The notes: a model not told the origin generated them from the sequence alone. A stretch of DNA of 64,000 nucleotides from the human T2T-CHM13v2.0 reference genome, Homo sapiens (GCF_009914755.1 NC_060934.1); one strand, 5' to 3'; numbered from the stretch's first letter, positions 1-14,526 are shown. Numbers and translations: made by a program.

Positions 1-24
1 TGTGGGTGTCCTGTTTTAAAAAAA

Positions 25-218
25 AAACTGCCAAATCCAGTGTTATGACGTGTTTCCCCTATATTTTATTCTAAGAATTTTGTAGTTTTAGCTCTTACAT
101 TTAGGTATTTGATCCAGTTAGTTAATTTTTTCTTACAGTATAAGTGAAGGGCCCAGGTTCATTCTTTTACATGTGGGTACCTAATTTCCCCAGCACCAGT
201 TGTTGTGAAGACAGTTCT
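25..218 (-). mobile_element. Old L1 fragment (ORF2 3' region, antisense)
   Basis: T-rich sequence 'tttgtagttttagctcttacatttaggtatttgatcc...cccagcaccagttgttg' resembles the antisense L1 ORF2 consensus; recognised by eye, subfamily not determined. Confidence 0.65.
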
Positions 219-219
219 T

Positions 220-321
220 GGCTGGGCACGATGGCTCACACCTGTAATCCCAGCACTTTGGGAGGCCGAGGCGGGCGGATCACAAGGTCAGGAGATCAAG
301 ACCATCCTGGCTAGCAAGGTG
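220..321 (+). mobile_element. Alu, 5' part of left arm only
   Basis: 'ggctgggcacgatggctcacacctgtaatcccagcactttgggaggccgaggcgggcggatcacaaggtcaggagatcaagaccatcctggcta' matches the Alu 5' consensus and stops abruptly. Confidence 0.92.
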
Positions 322-660
322 TCCGCTCTGCTCCTGATCCAGCGAGGCATCCATTGCCACTCCCGATCGGGCTAAAGGCTTGCCATTGTTCCTGCACAGC
401 TAAGCGCCTGGGTTCATCCTAATCAAGCTGAACACTAGTCACTGGGTTCCACGGTTCTCTTCCGTGACCCACAGCTTCTAATAGAGCTATAACACTCACC
501 GCATGGCTCAAGATTCCATTCCTTGGAATCCGTGAGGCCAAGAGCCCCAGGTCAGAGAACAGGAGGCTTGCCACCATCTTGGAAGTGGTCTGCCAAAATT
601 ATGGAAGTGGCCCGCCACCATCTTGGGCGCTCTGGGAGCAAAGACCGCCCCATGGTAACA
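322..660 (+). mobile_element. ERV1 LTR 3' fragment, LTR17 (HERV-W)-like U5
   Basis: Motifs 'gggctaaaggcttgccattgttcctgca', 'ctaatagagctataacactcaccgcatgg', repeated 'gccaccatcttgg' and terminal 'ggtaaca' are typical of the HERV-W LTR17 3' end. Confidence 0.8.
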
Positions 661-959
661 GCACCTTAACTGTGTGTCCCCAAGGACCTACAGATCACAG
701 GGCAACAGGGGCTGTGAGGGAGTTGTCTGGATTTCCCAAGGTGGAGGAGGCGAAAGAGGAGATGGATCCCAAGCTCCTGCACCAGCACCAGCGAGAGACA
801 AAGGCCCCGCCAAACGCCGGAAGCCACGCCCTCCTCTCTTCTCAAACTGTGCGCCCGATTGGGTGGTTCCCACACCAGCGCCACTGATTGAATAAAACGC
901 CAGGACCCACCCATCCGCACCCCACCCCGGCCCCTGCCCCACTCACCCTGAGCGTTAGT

Positions 960-2770
<1,811 letters not shown>

Positions 2771-3552
2771 GTGGACAGGCAAACAGGCTCGAATAGTTGG
2801 GGTCACATGCGCAGAGTATCACAGCTAATTAAGAAGTGAGCTGAGACTTGAAATGCGCATGCTCTTTCCCTTACCAGGATCTGTTGAGTCATGCATCTTA
2901 GCAGCTATTTAAGGGTAGGAAGTAGAATATTTGGACATCTTTTCAACAACTTATTAGGCATTTTCATAATGCAGGAAAGACCCTCATCCCATCCCTGAGC
3001 CCCTCTCTCACCACGCTGCACCTCACTGCTGACCACATCGTGGGGTGGCCATTATCAGGCGGGCCAGAATCAGGCCAGAATAAGGCGGGCAGCGGGGGCT
3101 GGGAATAAATAAGCCAGAATGATGTTGCCCATATTTGCTCATCTTAGAAAGGCTCCACAACCATTCTGTGTGAAGTGATTATTCCAGGGTAATTGTGCCC
3201 TGACTGTGCTGCATGTCAGTCTGACTTGTCTTTCTGAAAATCACTGGATTACTCTCATTAATGGGGGTATTTCTGTTTCTATTTGAAAATGGCCAACTGT
3301 CCTCTGCAGGTGTCCTGATTTTGTCTGCTAGTTTAGACCCTGAAGGTAGCAGTGAGAAAATGTTTTGGCCACATCAGAATACCTATTCTCAGCTGGAGTA
3401 GATATAGAAATTTCTTAATAATATCTAACCGTTTTCTCAATAACCATTATATTTAACGGTGATAACTGGAGGGCAGAGAGGGACACAGATGACACAATCT
3501 TCGAAGTTTAATTTGGTTATAAGGTTTTTTGTTCTTGTTTTGTTTTGCTTTC

Positions 3553-3912
<360 letters not shown>

Positions 3913-3917
3913 GACAG

Positions 3918-3918
<1 letters not shown>

Positions 3919-3956
<38 letters not shown>
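3919..3956. repeat. (TG)19 microsatellite
   Basis: Perfect TG run directly after the Alu. Confidence 0.97.
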
Positions 3957-3960
<4 letters not shown>

Positions 3961-5560
3961 AACAATATGGATGTGAAAAAAATTCAAGCCCGGGAGAAAA
4001 GTGAAAGCCCATGGTGGGGGATGTGGAGAAAGGTGAGTGCGGCTCCAGCAACTCAGTGAAACTTGGTTTTCCATCTTGAAGAATTGCCCATACACACTGA
4101 AACCATAGCCTAGCACATGCCAGTTATCACACTACACCTGCTGGGATACGACTATGTACCCTTTTTTAAAAAATAAAATCTTTCACCTAAGAGAAGCAGA
4201 AGAGAAAAGGAGTGTTTCACATCTAAAGCCTTCATTTTCTTTATGAAACAACAGCCACTTGTCATTTGAGTTGTCCAAAGGCGACTGACAGCACTAATAC
4301 ACTTAATGAATAAAGCAGGAAAAATGGGCCTCTCGGGTGAGGAGGAGGCACAATAGTAACTAAACCAATCCATTCTCAGCTTTACGTGGTGCCCGTATCT
4401 CAAGAAGTGGTGTTAGCCATGTGAACCGTTTTCACTGGACAAGGCCAGAAGAAAGAACATTTAGTACAACACAACCATGAGGCTGCAAATCAAACTGGTA
4501 GTGGGAGCATGCACAAGGCTTCAGTGGCTGAGACACTGGTGGCTACCCTTGGGTGTCACTTAAAACTTCAAGGTGAAGGACATTTTTTTTCCAGTTGGCT
4601 CAGGGAAACTAATAAACATTAGAATTGAAATTTGTTTTTCTTTTCAAAATTTCTAAGACATAGAGGACTCTCTAAACACTCCAAAAGACATTCAGATATA
4701 CATGCAGCTGAGGACCTGCCTGCTCTGCAGAGGGATGGCTGAGCAGCAGCCACCAGCTGTAATAACTTTAAACTTCTCCTCTCACAGGGACAGGCCACTC
4801 CCACACACACTGCTTACTTCATAGGCTGTGGCCCTCAGATGCACCTGGGGGACTGCTTTCCTCCCATTTCATTAGCTCTCCAAGACAGTCCATCTCACTC
4901 TAAAACCTACACTAGGATGGTGAGTTGTAGACTCTCCTCCATTCTCCCAGTGCAGTGTGACTTCCAGAGAGTGCTCCCCCATCCTCTTACCTCAACTGAT
5001 GTGAAAAGGGCCAGTGCCTGGGCAGTTAGATGTTCAGTGACCTCACAGGTCCAGCATGCCCAGGGCCTGGCCCCACAGCCTGGCACCTCTCCCCTACCTG
5101 GCCTTCATGCCAGCCTTTTCTCTTCTGTCACCAATGTCAAGTGACATTCACCTGTGCCACACTCTTATGAGTGTGGTAAGTGATGGGTGGGTAAACCCCA
5201 GCTGAGTGCCTGTGACTCTACCCTCTTACCTTTCACTCAAGTGACATTATAAGCATAATTTTACATTTGATTTAATTTATGCATAATCTTTTCTTATAAC
5301 ATTTCTGACAATAGCCCTCACAACCAAAGGAGACTGGGTTACAGAACACATGGGCAAGGCTGGGGTAGCAGGTTTCACTTACTTTATTCCAATGTGAAAT
5401 GAAGATGTGATGGTTTAAAACCAAGACAAAGTTGTTTATCAGCTGTGGGGTTGCTACACTTGCTAGCTCATGCTCACTTCCTTTGAAACAAGGAATCTGG
5501 AGAGACTATATTCATAAGTAGCTCTTTGCAAACCCCCAGGCAGAAGCCCCAGTCAGACAC

Positions 5561-5696
5561 AGCTCCCTCAGGCTCTCAGGGCGGCAACTTCCTCCTCCAT
5601 GTTGGGCTCTGCCAGCAGGCAAGGGAAGAGCTCCCTCAGGCTCCCAGGGCTGCAACCTCCTCCTCCATGTTGGGCTCTGCCAGCAGGCAAGGGAAG
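5561..5696. repeat. 68-bp tandem duplication (2 copies)
   Basis: 'agctccctcaggctc...ctcctccatgttgggctctgccagcaggcaagggaag' at 5561-5628 and 5629-5696 with few mismatches. Confidence 0.9.
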
Positions 5697-8600
5697 CAGC
5701 ACAGGCAGCGGGGGACAGGAAGCCACCCGGGGCCATAGGGATCCCCAAACGCCCCAGAGCTATTCTCTGTAGAAAGGGCGGTGTGGCAAGGACCAGGTAT
5801 GGAGCTGGGTTCCACAGAGAGGTGACAGCCACTTCTGTATCTCTAAATTTCCCCCAGGATCCATGATCCAGCCCTGCTTTCCCCCAGGCCCTTCACCCAC
5901 CCTGCCCCCACTGTGTGTTAGGCAGCTCGGGTTAAAATGGGAGAAAAATATATTCAGATCGTAGCCTCCAAGTTTTCCCATCTGGGCTGCAGAGAGTAGA
6001 GAAGGAAGTCGGGGCCTGTGGCGGTGCCTTTTGCTGTGCCTGAGGGCAGGAAGGCCAGGGCTGGGCACATGGATGTCTCCGGGACCACCACTGCTGACTC
6101 CCTCCCCTCACCTGAAGCTACAACCAGCCCAGGCTATCACGATTAATAAAACCACTGCAGCTCTCATCCTGTCACAAAACTAATGTGCACCCAACTGCAG
6201 CCCTACACAGATCCCTGGCTTCCTATCCCAGAACACAGAAAATCCTCTTATCTTTTTTACTTAAAACCTGGACTTTAAGCCAGATTGGGCCTGGGGATAG
6301 TGGCAGCAAAAGCAACAGCCAGATGTATACACTCCAGATGTATACACTCAAGGGCATGGGCACATTCCACACTTGCTGAAGAATGAGAGGCCTGAGAGAC
6401 ACCTGTTTCCCAGCTGCTAGCTGATGTCCACACACCCCATTCATGTGTCTTCATTTAGGCCTCTGCATCATGTATTTGTTCAGCCAGTGCAAACACATCT
6501 TCTGGGGGGCATCATTGATTGCAGCACCAGCCCCACTTGTTTCGGGAGGGAGTCAGGAGGAATCTGGTCAGCTCCTAATCCCCCAGGACAAAGGTGCTGC
6601 CCCCTTTTCAGCACTCACATCCAGCAGCACCATCTTGGGATGGTTTTTCAAACACAAGTAGCATGAGGTAGCAAGCATGGTGTGACAGGCTCAGGGCCAT
6701 AGGCAGCCGGCTGCTGGAGAAGCAGCACAGGGCAGGCACATCTGTGGGTGGCACCCTGACAAGCCAAGGCAGCCACAGCCCCTACCCCCAACAGCCCCAG
6801 CCCAGATGGCATTCAGATCTTCCCGGATAGTATTGGGGTTCCCGATGCCCATCACTCCCCTGCTTATTAGCACTGCCTTGTGTTGGTTACTCAGGGACTA
6901 AGGAGAGGGGGTGGGGGATGTAGATCCAGGGTGGGCACTGCCTCACAGCCAGAGTCCACCTGACTACAGGCCAGCAAGCAAGCCCAGCAGCTCAGCTCTA
7001 GACACTTAGCCTCACCACCTCTGGCTACACTTTCTACGTATACTTTATGCAAAGGTAGAAAAAGAGGTCAGTATTAGCTGTTGTGACATAAAAGTCTATG
7101 CCCCATTAAGACCTTCTTAAAATGCTGTTGCCTTAAGCCCTCTTTCTTCTAATAAAATTTATACAAATACACACATACAAGCTGAAACTACTATAAATGA
7201 AATATTAGGATTTTTTAAACCCATAAACAAACACTAAAACAGTCACTGTTTGAATGCAGAGAAAGTGGGAGTCTAAAGCAGCTGACCCCAAAACAGCCTT
7301 ACCGAGCCCAAAGCCAGGCCAGGCAGTCTGAACACTACAAGGTCACGTGATGGTCACAGAGGATGACAGCTCCCATGAGTATTCTCAGGCACTGTGTTAG
7401 CTTCTCACTCACAGAGTCTCAGAATGCCTCCTCACCAATACCCTGTGAGGGAAGGCCCCACCTCACTACAGCACGAGAGGTTCCTGAGCTCTTCCCAGAA
7501 AATGGTTATCAAAGGGTGGAGCTGGGGGAAGCCCAGACAGAACAAGTGAGTCCCCAGGGTCTCCTTAACCTCCCTCAGCTCCTCCACATGGGGCCCTGAG
7601 GGAAAGTGAGCGGCCTCCTAACCCCTTTGATAGGGTTCCAGTACTGCAGGTCTGGACCTCCTCATTTTCTGGAACCACAGGAGGCGACAATGCAAACCCA
7701 GGCCCCTTATTTGCCATCCCTCAATGCCAGGCCAGGCCCAGAGCCCTGTGCTGACACAGCCCAGGGGATGCTCAAGGCCCACCTCAGCACAGTCACCAAT
7801 AGCGTAGTGAGATGAGCAAGGAGGTGCAAGTAGACACAAATCCCCATGGGCTTGGCCTCAGGCATGTTCCACAGGCTCAGGGTCTCCCTGATGAGCTCAC
7901 AGCCCTCCTTCAGGGATCCTGCAGAGCACACACCCAGGGAGCAGTGCTCAGATGAGCAGGCAGGCCCCAGATTCCGCACCCCAGGATGATCTGTTCCACT
8001 TTGCAGGGCTGCTGCATTGGCCAGTCCCCACTGCTTTCTGGTGGGATGTTTGAGTTGAAGTGAATGTTGAAGGGCATAGAGCTGATGGGGCTGACTGCCT
8101 TGCAGATGTTGTAAATCACCTCCTGGCTCCACGGGTCAGCTGTGGAGACACAGCTTGATGGGAGGTAGCCCCACTCCACCATCAGTGGTGCTGGGCTGCC
8201 CTGATCTGCACCTTCCAGCTCCTTGCTGAGATGTCTGCATGTTTCTCTAAGGGACTGGGTCACGAGACACCCCTGGCAAGGCCCAGCTGGCAGAATAGGC
8301 TGGACACTCTCCCTCAGCCTCCCCAGCAGCCCGGCCTGTGCTGTCACCTGTGCTGATGATCTCACTTCTCTATCTTAATAACAGCACTGATAACTTTTAA
8401 GCCCTAGCAAGCTGAAACTGCAAGACAAATGATCTTCTGCCTTAGAAGGGTTATGGCTGGGCAGTGTGTGCCCAGGTGAGAGCCCTGTGGTTGTTAGTGG
8501 AAGTAGGGAGTTGGATGGGCCTGGCCCCATAGCCTAGTGAAAACTAGGGCCCTCTCCTTCCAGAGCATCAAAGTCTTAGAGGCTGGAAAAAGGTGCTTGT

Positions 8601-9019
8601 GTGGGCTGCCAAGAAGCAGAAGGCTAGAAGGCTTTGCAAGGAACCCCAACAGACTTCAAGGTGCCTGAGAGGGCTGGGCTTATTCCAGCTTTCTTTGCTT
8701 TCATTCTGTTAGCAAGAAAACCTGCTCACAGATGGCAGGTGGGCCTGAGGCTGCCAGTCACTCACCAGAGGCTATAGGTGCCTTGATTGTGGCTGTTTCT
8801 TGAAGCAGCTGCTCAGGCCGGTTATTGCAGAGCAGTTCCCTCATTATCCACAGGTCCTTGTTCCAGCCCCGGCTCTGCAAAGGGACTAGGGAGGGACTAG
8901 GCAAGGGCTCAGCCTGTGCCCCACAACCTGCTCTGAGATATCTCTTTTGTTACTTCCTCATGGACAGCCTTAAACTTCCAAATGAACAGACCAGCATGGA
9001 GCCTCCAGGAAAGTGCATA

Positions 9020-9025
9020 GAATTC
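9020..9025. other. Proximal EcoRI site of the diagnostic D4Z4 Southern fragment
   Basis: GAATTC lies 5732 bp before the first KpnI site, matching the known ~5.7 kb proximal flank. Confidence 0.8.
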
Positions 9026-10550
9026 TATCTGGTACCCAGAGGGAAGGGGGTTCCCAGTGAGGGCAGGACCAGGCTTCATGCACCTCTTCAGGAATGTTCT
9101 CCTCATAGTCCAGCCTCAAGGTGTGCATCCTCTGTGTGCATGGAGTCCATGGCAGGCTCTGCCTGGGGAGCCGTCCAGCTGCACACCTGCAATGTGGTGG
9201 TGACCCTCATGAATGGGTGGTTCTGGGCCCCATGGCTGGCAGCAGAGAGGGAGATGTTCAGCCACCAAGCCCAGAGCCCTGCCACAGGCTTCTGTGAGGC
9301 CTCCATCTGCTCTGGGTTCTTGCCCTGAGAGGCTGCCCTGAAGTCAAACAGAAGCAGGTGGGCCTCTCTTCCAGGGCTGCTCTCTCCCCCACTGACAGCT
9401 CCCTAGAGGGGGACTCAGACAGTGGGGACAGATTCCTCAGGCATAAGCACTGGAGTTTAGGCTGGCCAGTTCATTCCATACGCCCACATGACATGACACA
9501 AGGCAGAGGCTGTGGGACAAAGGTATTGCCTTTTCTTCTGGCATGAGGAATGGCTTAGGAAGCAGGGGATGGTGGGGCTGGGGTTGAGTGATGGGCTGTG
9601 GGCCACAAGGAGTGGGTGGGCACTGAGCAAGTGACCTGGTTGTCTGTCCATAGACGCAGAATGAGTGGCATCCCAGGAGCCTGTGAGGGGCTGGCAGAGA
9701 CTTACTGGTTCCAGTAAAAGCCCCATGTGGATGCAGTAATGCTGCCTGCTGGTCCTTGGCTGTAATTACAAACAGGTACATGAGGTACCCATGCATCTTG
9801 AAGCTCTCAGGGAGTGGGTTCCAGCTGCTCATGGTAGGCACTTTTAGTCACTGAACATGCTTCAGGCATGTCCAAGCTTGATTAAGCCAGGCATCTTGCT
9901 GTGAGGCCCTCCACTTCACTAAGAACACTCTTCCTTGCTTCCCCTGGAAGTTGGACCTTCCAGTTCTGGTTCTGGAGACACGATGGCCCCTCCTGGACCC
10001 CTGGGAGAATGTGCTCAGGTGACACACAGTTGATGGGGCCCATTTCCAAGCCATTCTTCCATTTCCCACTGTTTGAGGGACCCGAGGCCGGTGACAAGCA
10101 CAGAGCCACCCAAGGCCAGCTGTCTGCACCTAAATGTGATGCTTGTCTGGATGTCTCAGGGCCAGAACCCTCCAGGTGAGATGGCCTGGTCCTCACCACC
10201 TGGCGTCCGTGCTCCCTTTTCCTCTGTTCAATCCTGGCGCCAATGCCTCCCTCAACTCTCAGGTCACCATTGGAGAAGATGCTCAGGAAGAACAAGCAGC
10301 TGCAGTTAACCCTGCTGAAAGTGGCAGATGGTTCCAGGCTCTTGAGCTCGTCTTGGACATGGAACATGTGGATACAGGCTTTGAGCAGTGTGTGTAGCTC
10401 TTTCAGGAAGGAAGGGAAAAGGGTGTTACCCGGGTCCTACACCCTGGAACGACCCTTCTCAGACAGTAAATAGTTGGCAGGGTGCGGTCATGTGTGATTT
10501 TAGTTTTCAACTTTAGGCTTTCATTTTCAAATTCCACAATAAACACATAA

Positions 10551-10569
10551 GGTGGAGTTCTGGTTTCAG

Positions 10570-10603
<34 letters not shown>

Positions 10604-10715
10604 CATTCTCTCTCTCTGTATGTCTCTTTCTGTCTCTCTCTCTCTCTCCTTCCTGCTAGTGGGCAAGGATCCTTGTTAACAAGAAACCTTCTGCCAAATG
10701 CCTCTGAAGCACAGG
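10551..10715. repeat. D4Z4-proximal SSLP (compound CA/CT microsatellite used for 4q/10q haplotyping)
   Basis: (CA)n AA (CA)n (CT)n tract at ~10570-10648, bounded by GGTGGAGTTCTGGTTTCAGC and CAAATGCCTCTGAAGCACAGG, which I recall as the standard SSLP primer sites; 165 bp by count. Confidence 0.85.
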
Positions 10716-11781
10716 CAGGTCTTGGGGAGCCACAAGGCCACTTCCTCTTTGTGCACTAGTGTCTTGGGTAGGCATAGCTTTCAGAGCTCTGGGGCCTCCA
10801 CAACCTTGCCCTGCTGTCCAGGGGCAGCCCTCATGCAGGGGTGTCCTAAGAACTTTTCAGGACGCACAAGTTCAGCACTGTCTTCCAATGTGTGTTTCAC
10901 GATATTTTAATGGTGGTTCTTTTGGGAAAAAGGAAAGGTTCTGTGATCAATTATGGGACACATTGAGCTACAGATCTTTTTCACAATTGCTCTTAACAAG
11001 CAGGTAGACCCTGAGAACATGAGTAGCTTCCCTGCAGGTAACTTGAGTGCATGAGAACTTTTGCTTTACAACCATGCCAATCTCACCTCAGCAGTTGGCA
11101 GTGCTACACTGGGCAGACTTCCCTACTCAAAGGCTGTGAAGCTTTTCTTTCTTTTTTTTTTAAACATTATTTTTCTTTATAGAATTTTGTTGGGCTGATA
11201 TCAAGCCTGGCTTGGTACTGCCTCATTTTTTTTGGAATCAGAACGCTGTTCTTTAACTCACGGGTTGTGAAGTTAGAAGGTGCTGGTGTGACAGCCTGAC
11301 AAGCAGAGCGCAGCTCCAATCCCACCTTCATGCGCTCATCTGACGCAGAGCCCTCAGAGAAGTGGGGAAGTGCTTCCTGGCCCTGCTTCTGGGGGCCGTC
11401 CCCAAGGCAGTCCACCGAACTTCCAAAACAGCCTTCCCTCACACACAGCCCTGAGCCCTCCTGCCGCTCCTCAATGTTGCACATCTCTGAGAAGTGGTCC
11501 AGCATGTTGCTGTCCAGGAGCAGTGAGAAGCAGGTGCGGTGACACATGTCTTCACGGACCATGAGCACCGGGTAAATCTCCTGCACAATCTCCTTGGGGG
11601 ACACCTTGAGGGAGAAAGCCCCAACAACTGATGGCATGCCACATGGCAGAAAGCAAAGACTTACCCTTTCCCCAGCCCAAAGTCCTGAGAATCATGCCAA
11701 AAATCCTTGGTTTCCCACTTTTTAAAAATTTTAAAATTAAAATCCCAGGTTCCGCGTATACATGCCATGCCCACCTGCACC

Positions 11782-11806
11782 TGTGTGTGTGTGTGTGTGT
11801 TTGTGC
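11782..11806. repeat. Short (TG)n microsatellite
   Basis: tgtgtgtgtgtgtgtgtgtttgtg. Confidence 0.9.
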
Positions 11807-12169
11807 ACGCAGGACAGAGCCTGGCCCATTGACTATTCCTGCAGACCAAGAAAAATCCCTATGCAGAGTAAGGGGAGATGGAAGAAACGAGGGAGAGAAA
11901 ATGGCAGCCTTGCCTCCTCCCTTGACCAGTGCTAAGGTCCCCAGGGCAAATGGCTTTTGCCTTCAACTTCACCTTAACAACATACAAAATATATTCATTT
12001 TTACTTCCGTCACTTTCTTAACATTACAAATTGTATCTTTATATATGATTTGTATTTTCACAGAGATTTAAGAATTTAATGCACCATTATAGTAGAAAAT
12101 TGTATATCTGTGTATATATTTACATTGAACAGAGAGCTTTATATTTTCATGTGGTTTTATGATGCTGTC

Positions 12170-13250
12170 CAGCATCATTTAATTTTTCAACATAATTCTC
12201 TTTAGCATTTTTTTCCCTAGGGTTATTCTAGTAGTTAACAACCTCAGCTTTTTTATTTTAATCTTTGAAAGTCTTTATTTTTTTCTAATTTTTGAAATAC
12301 AGTATTTCCCAGATCAATTATTATTGGTTGCTAGTATTTTTTCTTTCATCGCTTTGAAATCTGGAAAGTTCTTAGCATCCCCGCTTTTTCTCTGAAATAA
12401 TGTTTATGCCATTTTCTCCCTCTATTCTTTTTAAAAGACTCTATCTCTGAATGTATTGGTCTACCTGATGGTGTCCAGTAAGTCTTATATTTCACCCGTA
12501 ATTTTCCCATTCTTTAAAATATTAGTTTCCAGGACTCAATATTTGTGAATAATATATGTTCAACTTTCTTTTTTCTGCTCCATTGTTTGCTGTTGTGTCT
12601 CTGTAGTGAATTTATAAAACTCAGTTATTATATTCTTCAACTCTATGATTTCTGTTGGGTTTTTAAAAATAGTTTTTATCTCTTTGTTGATATTTTGCTC
12701 ATTCGTTATTTTTAAATTTCACTCAGTTGTCTCTTTCTGTTATAGTTTTGCTCACTGAGTATGCATAAGATGATTATTTTAAGTTCTCCATCAGATATGC
12801 AAAAATCTTTATTTGTTAAAATTCAGTTTCTGAATATTTATGTTTTTCTTCCAATGGGGAATATTTTCTGCCTTCTCTGTGTGCCTTGTGATTTTTTTTT
12901 TTAAAAGAGATCTGGGGATCTATACAGCACTCATCAAATCTAGCATTTAAAGACTGGCTCAGTAAAGGGGGATACCGACAGCAATAGTCCAGGCTATAGA
13001 TTCTAGGTGCTTCACAAACACATTCCCAAATATATTTTCTCTGGACTTGGGTGTGTTTCCAAGTTAAAGAGAATTTTTTCTCAATGTATTTTAGATTCTA
13101 TTGTCTATTTTCTTCCCCAGTTGGCTGTCTGTGGTATTGCAGTTTCACTAGTGCTGTAGCAAACACTCATCTTTCTTCTCAGCAGGCACAAACTCTCATC
13201 TATATGACTCCATCATGTCCTTCAGCACTCCACATCAGGAGAGAAAGAAT
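12170..13250 (-). mobile_element. Ancient L1M fragment (ORF1 region, antisense), very AT-rich
   Basis: 'tagcattttt...ctagtagttaacaacctcagctttt...gaaagtctttattt...tttttgaaatacagtatttcc...ttggttg...ttttttctttcatcgctttgaaat' resembles antisense old L1 ORF1; boundaries approximate. Confidence 0.6.
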
Positions 13251-13846
13251 CTAGTCATTAGACAATTTATCAAAAAGCCAAACATTTCAACACATATTCT
13301 ACTGTTTTAATTCTCTCCTGAAGGAGATACTGGGAGTTGGGCATTTTCTGATTAGCCCAGTTACTGTTCTGGGTGAAAAAAGAAACTGCAGTGGACAGGC
13401 TGTAAGCCAGACTTCATCAAATTTCTGCAGCAATGAAAAAAAAATTTACAAGAGAAAAACAAAAAACCCTATTAAACGTCACGGACAAGGCCAGAGTTTG
13501 AATATACTGTGGTCATCTCCGCTCCAGTGCAAACTGTTTTCAGAAAGCCTGCTTTTATTTTCCTTGCTGTAACAGAGGAACATTTCCTGTCTTATGCTTA
13601 TTCTACTCTGCAGTCCCCTAAGGCTTTTTCTCTCCCTCCCAGAATCTTAAAGTGCATTCGAACGCACAGGCAAAATCCTCCCAGAAACTTGTGAAAACAT
13701 AAATGATCTGACTAGTTTGGCATTGCTTTTGGGGATCTGGGAAAATCTGTGCACACTTCTGGAGACCCTTGTCAGGCCATTTTTTATAAATCTATTGTGC
13801 CTCAAGTCAGCAGTGTGTGAGGGGAGATGGGGAGACATTGGGATGC
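13000..13846. other. p13E-11 / D4F104S1 region (unique flank immediately proximal to D4Z4; paralogous to the 4q DBE-T/NDE region)
   Basis: Position directly upstream of the partial unit and recognisable sequence 'ggacaaggccagagtttgaatatactgtggtcatctc'; exact probe limits not determinable here. Confidence 0.7.
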
Positions 13847-14526
13847 GCGCGCCTGGGGCTCTCCCACAGGGGGCTTTCGTGAGCCAGGCAGCGAGGGCCG
13901 CCCCCGCGCTGCAGCCCAGCCAGGCCGCGCCGGCAGAGGGGATCTCCCAACCTGCCCCGGCGCGCGGGGATTTCGCCTACGCCGCCCCGGCTCCTCCGGA
14001 CGGGGCGCTCTCCCACCCTCAGGCTCCTCGGTGGCCTCCGCACCCGGGCAAAAGCCGGGAGGACCGGGACCCGCAGCGCGACGGCCTGCCGGGCCCCTGC
14101 GCGGTGGCACAGCCTGGGCCCGCTCAAGCGGGGCCGCAGGGCCAAGGGGTGCTTGCGCCACCCACGTCCCAGGGGAGTCCGTGGTGGGGCTGGGGCCGGG
14201 GTCCCCAGGTCGCCGGGGCGGCGTGGGAACCCCAAGCCGGGGCAGCTCCACCTCCCCAGCCCGCGCCCCCGGACGCCTCCGCGCGGCAGGGGCAGATGCA
14301 AGGCATCCCGGCGCCCTCCCAGGCGCTCCAGGAGCCGGCGCCCTGGTCTGCACTCCCCTGCGGCCTGCTGCTGGATGAGCTCCTGGCGAGCCCGGAGTTT
14401 CTGCAGCAGGCGCAACCTCTCCTAGAAACGGAGGCCCCGGGGGAGCTGGAGGCCTCGGAAGAGGCCGCCTCGCTGGAAGCACCCCTCAGCGAGGAAGAAT
14501 ACCGGGCTCTGCTGGAGGAGCTTTAG
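13843..14526 (+). pseudogene. 5'-truncated DUX4 copy in the proximal partial unit (no homeodomains; C-terminal 227-aa ORF)
   Basis: Identity with the unit starts at ~13847 (gcgcgcctggggctctcc); translation [12 protein letters not shown]...[11 protein letters not shown] equals the DUX4 C-terminal half. Confidence 0.9.

Larger units (their letters stand above)
5900..11640 (-). pseudogene. CLUHP5: Unprocessed CLUH (clustered mitochondria homolog) pseudogene; CLUHP5 if chr10 (CLUHP4 is the chr4 paralog)
   Basis: Collinear minus-strand fragments resemble CLUH as I recall it: [35 protein letters not shown] (~11.6 kb), HVQDELKSLEPSATFSRVNCSCLFFLSIFSNGDL (~10.3 kb), [27 protein letters not shown] (~9.8 kb), [26 protein letters not shown] (~9.2 kb), DPWSQEVIYNICKAVSPISSMPFNIHFN (~8.1 kb), GVMGIGNPNTIRE (~6.85 kb), YLMLLVF..HPKMVLLD|gtgagt (~6.65 kb). 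Frameshifts, stops and intron-like spacers are present. The 3' boundary is approximate. Confidence 0.85.

Noticed and set aside
11960-13100. AT-rich block as a new structural element
   Set aside because: Largely explained by an ancient L1 fragment; a matrix-attachment region is already described proximal to D4Z4 and cannot be delimited from sequence alone.
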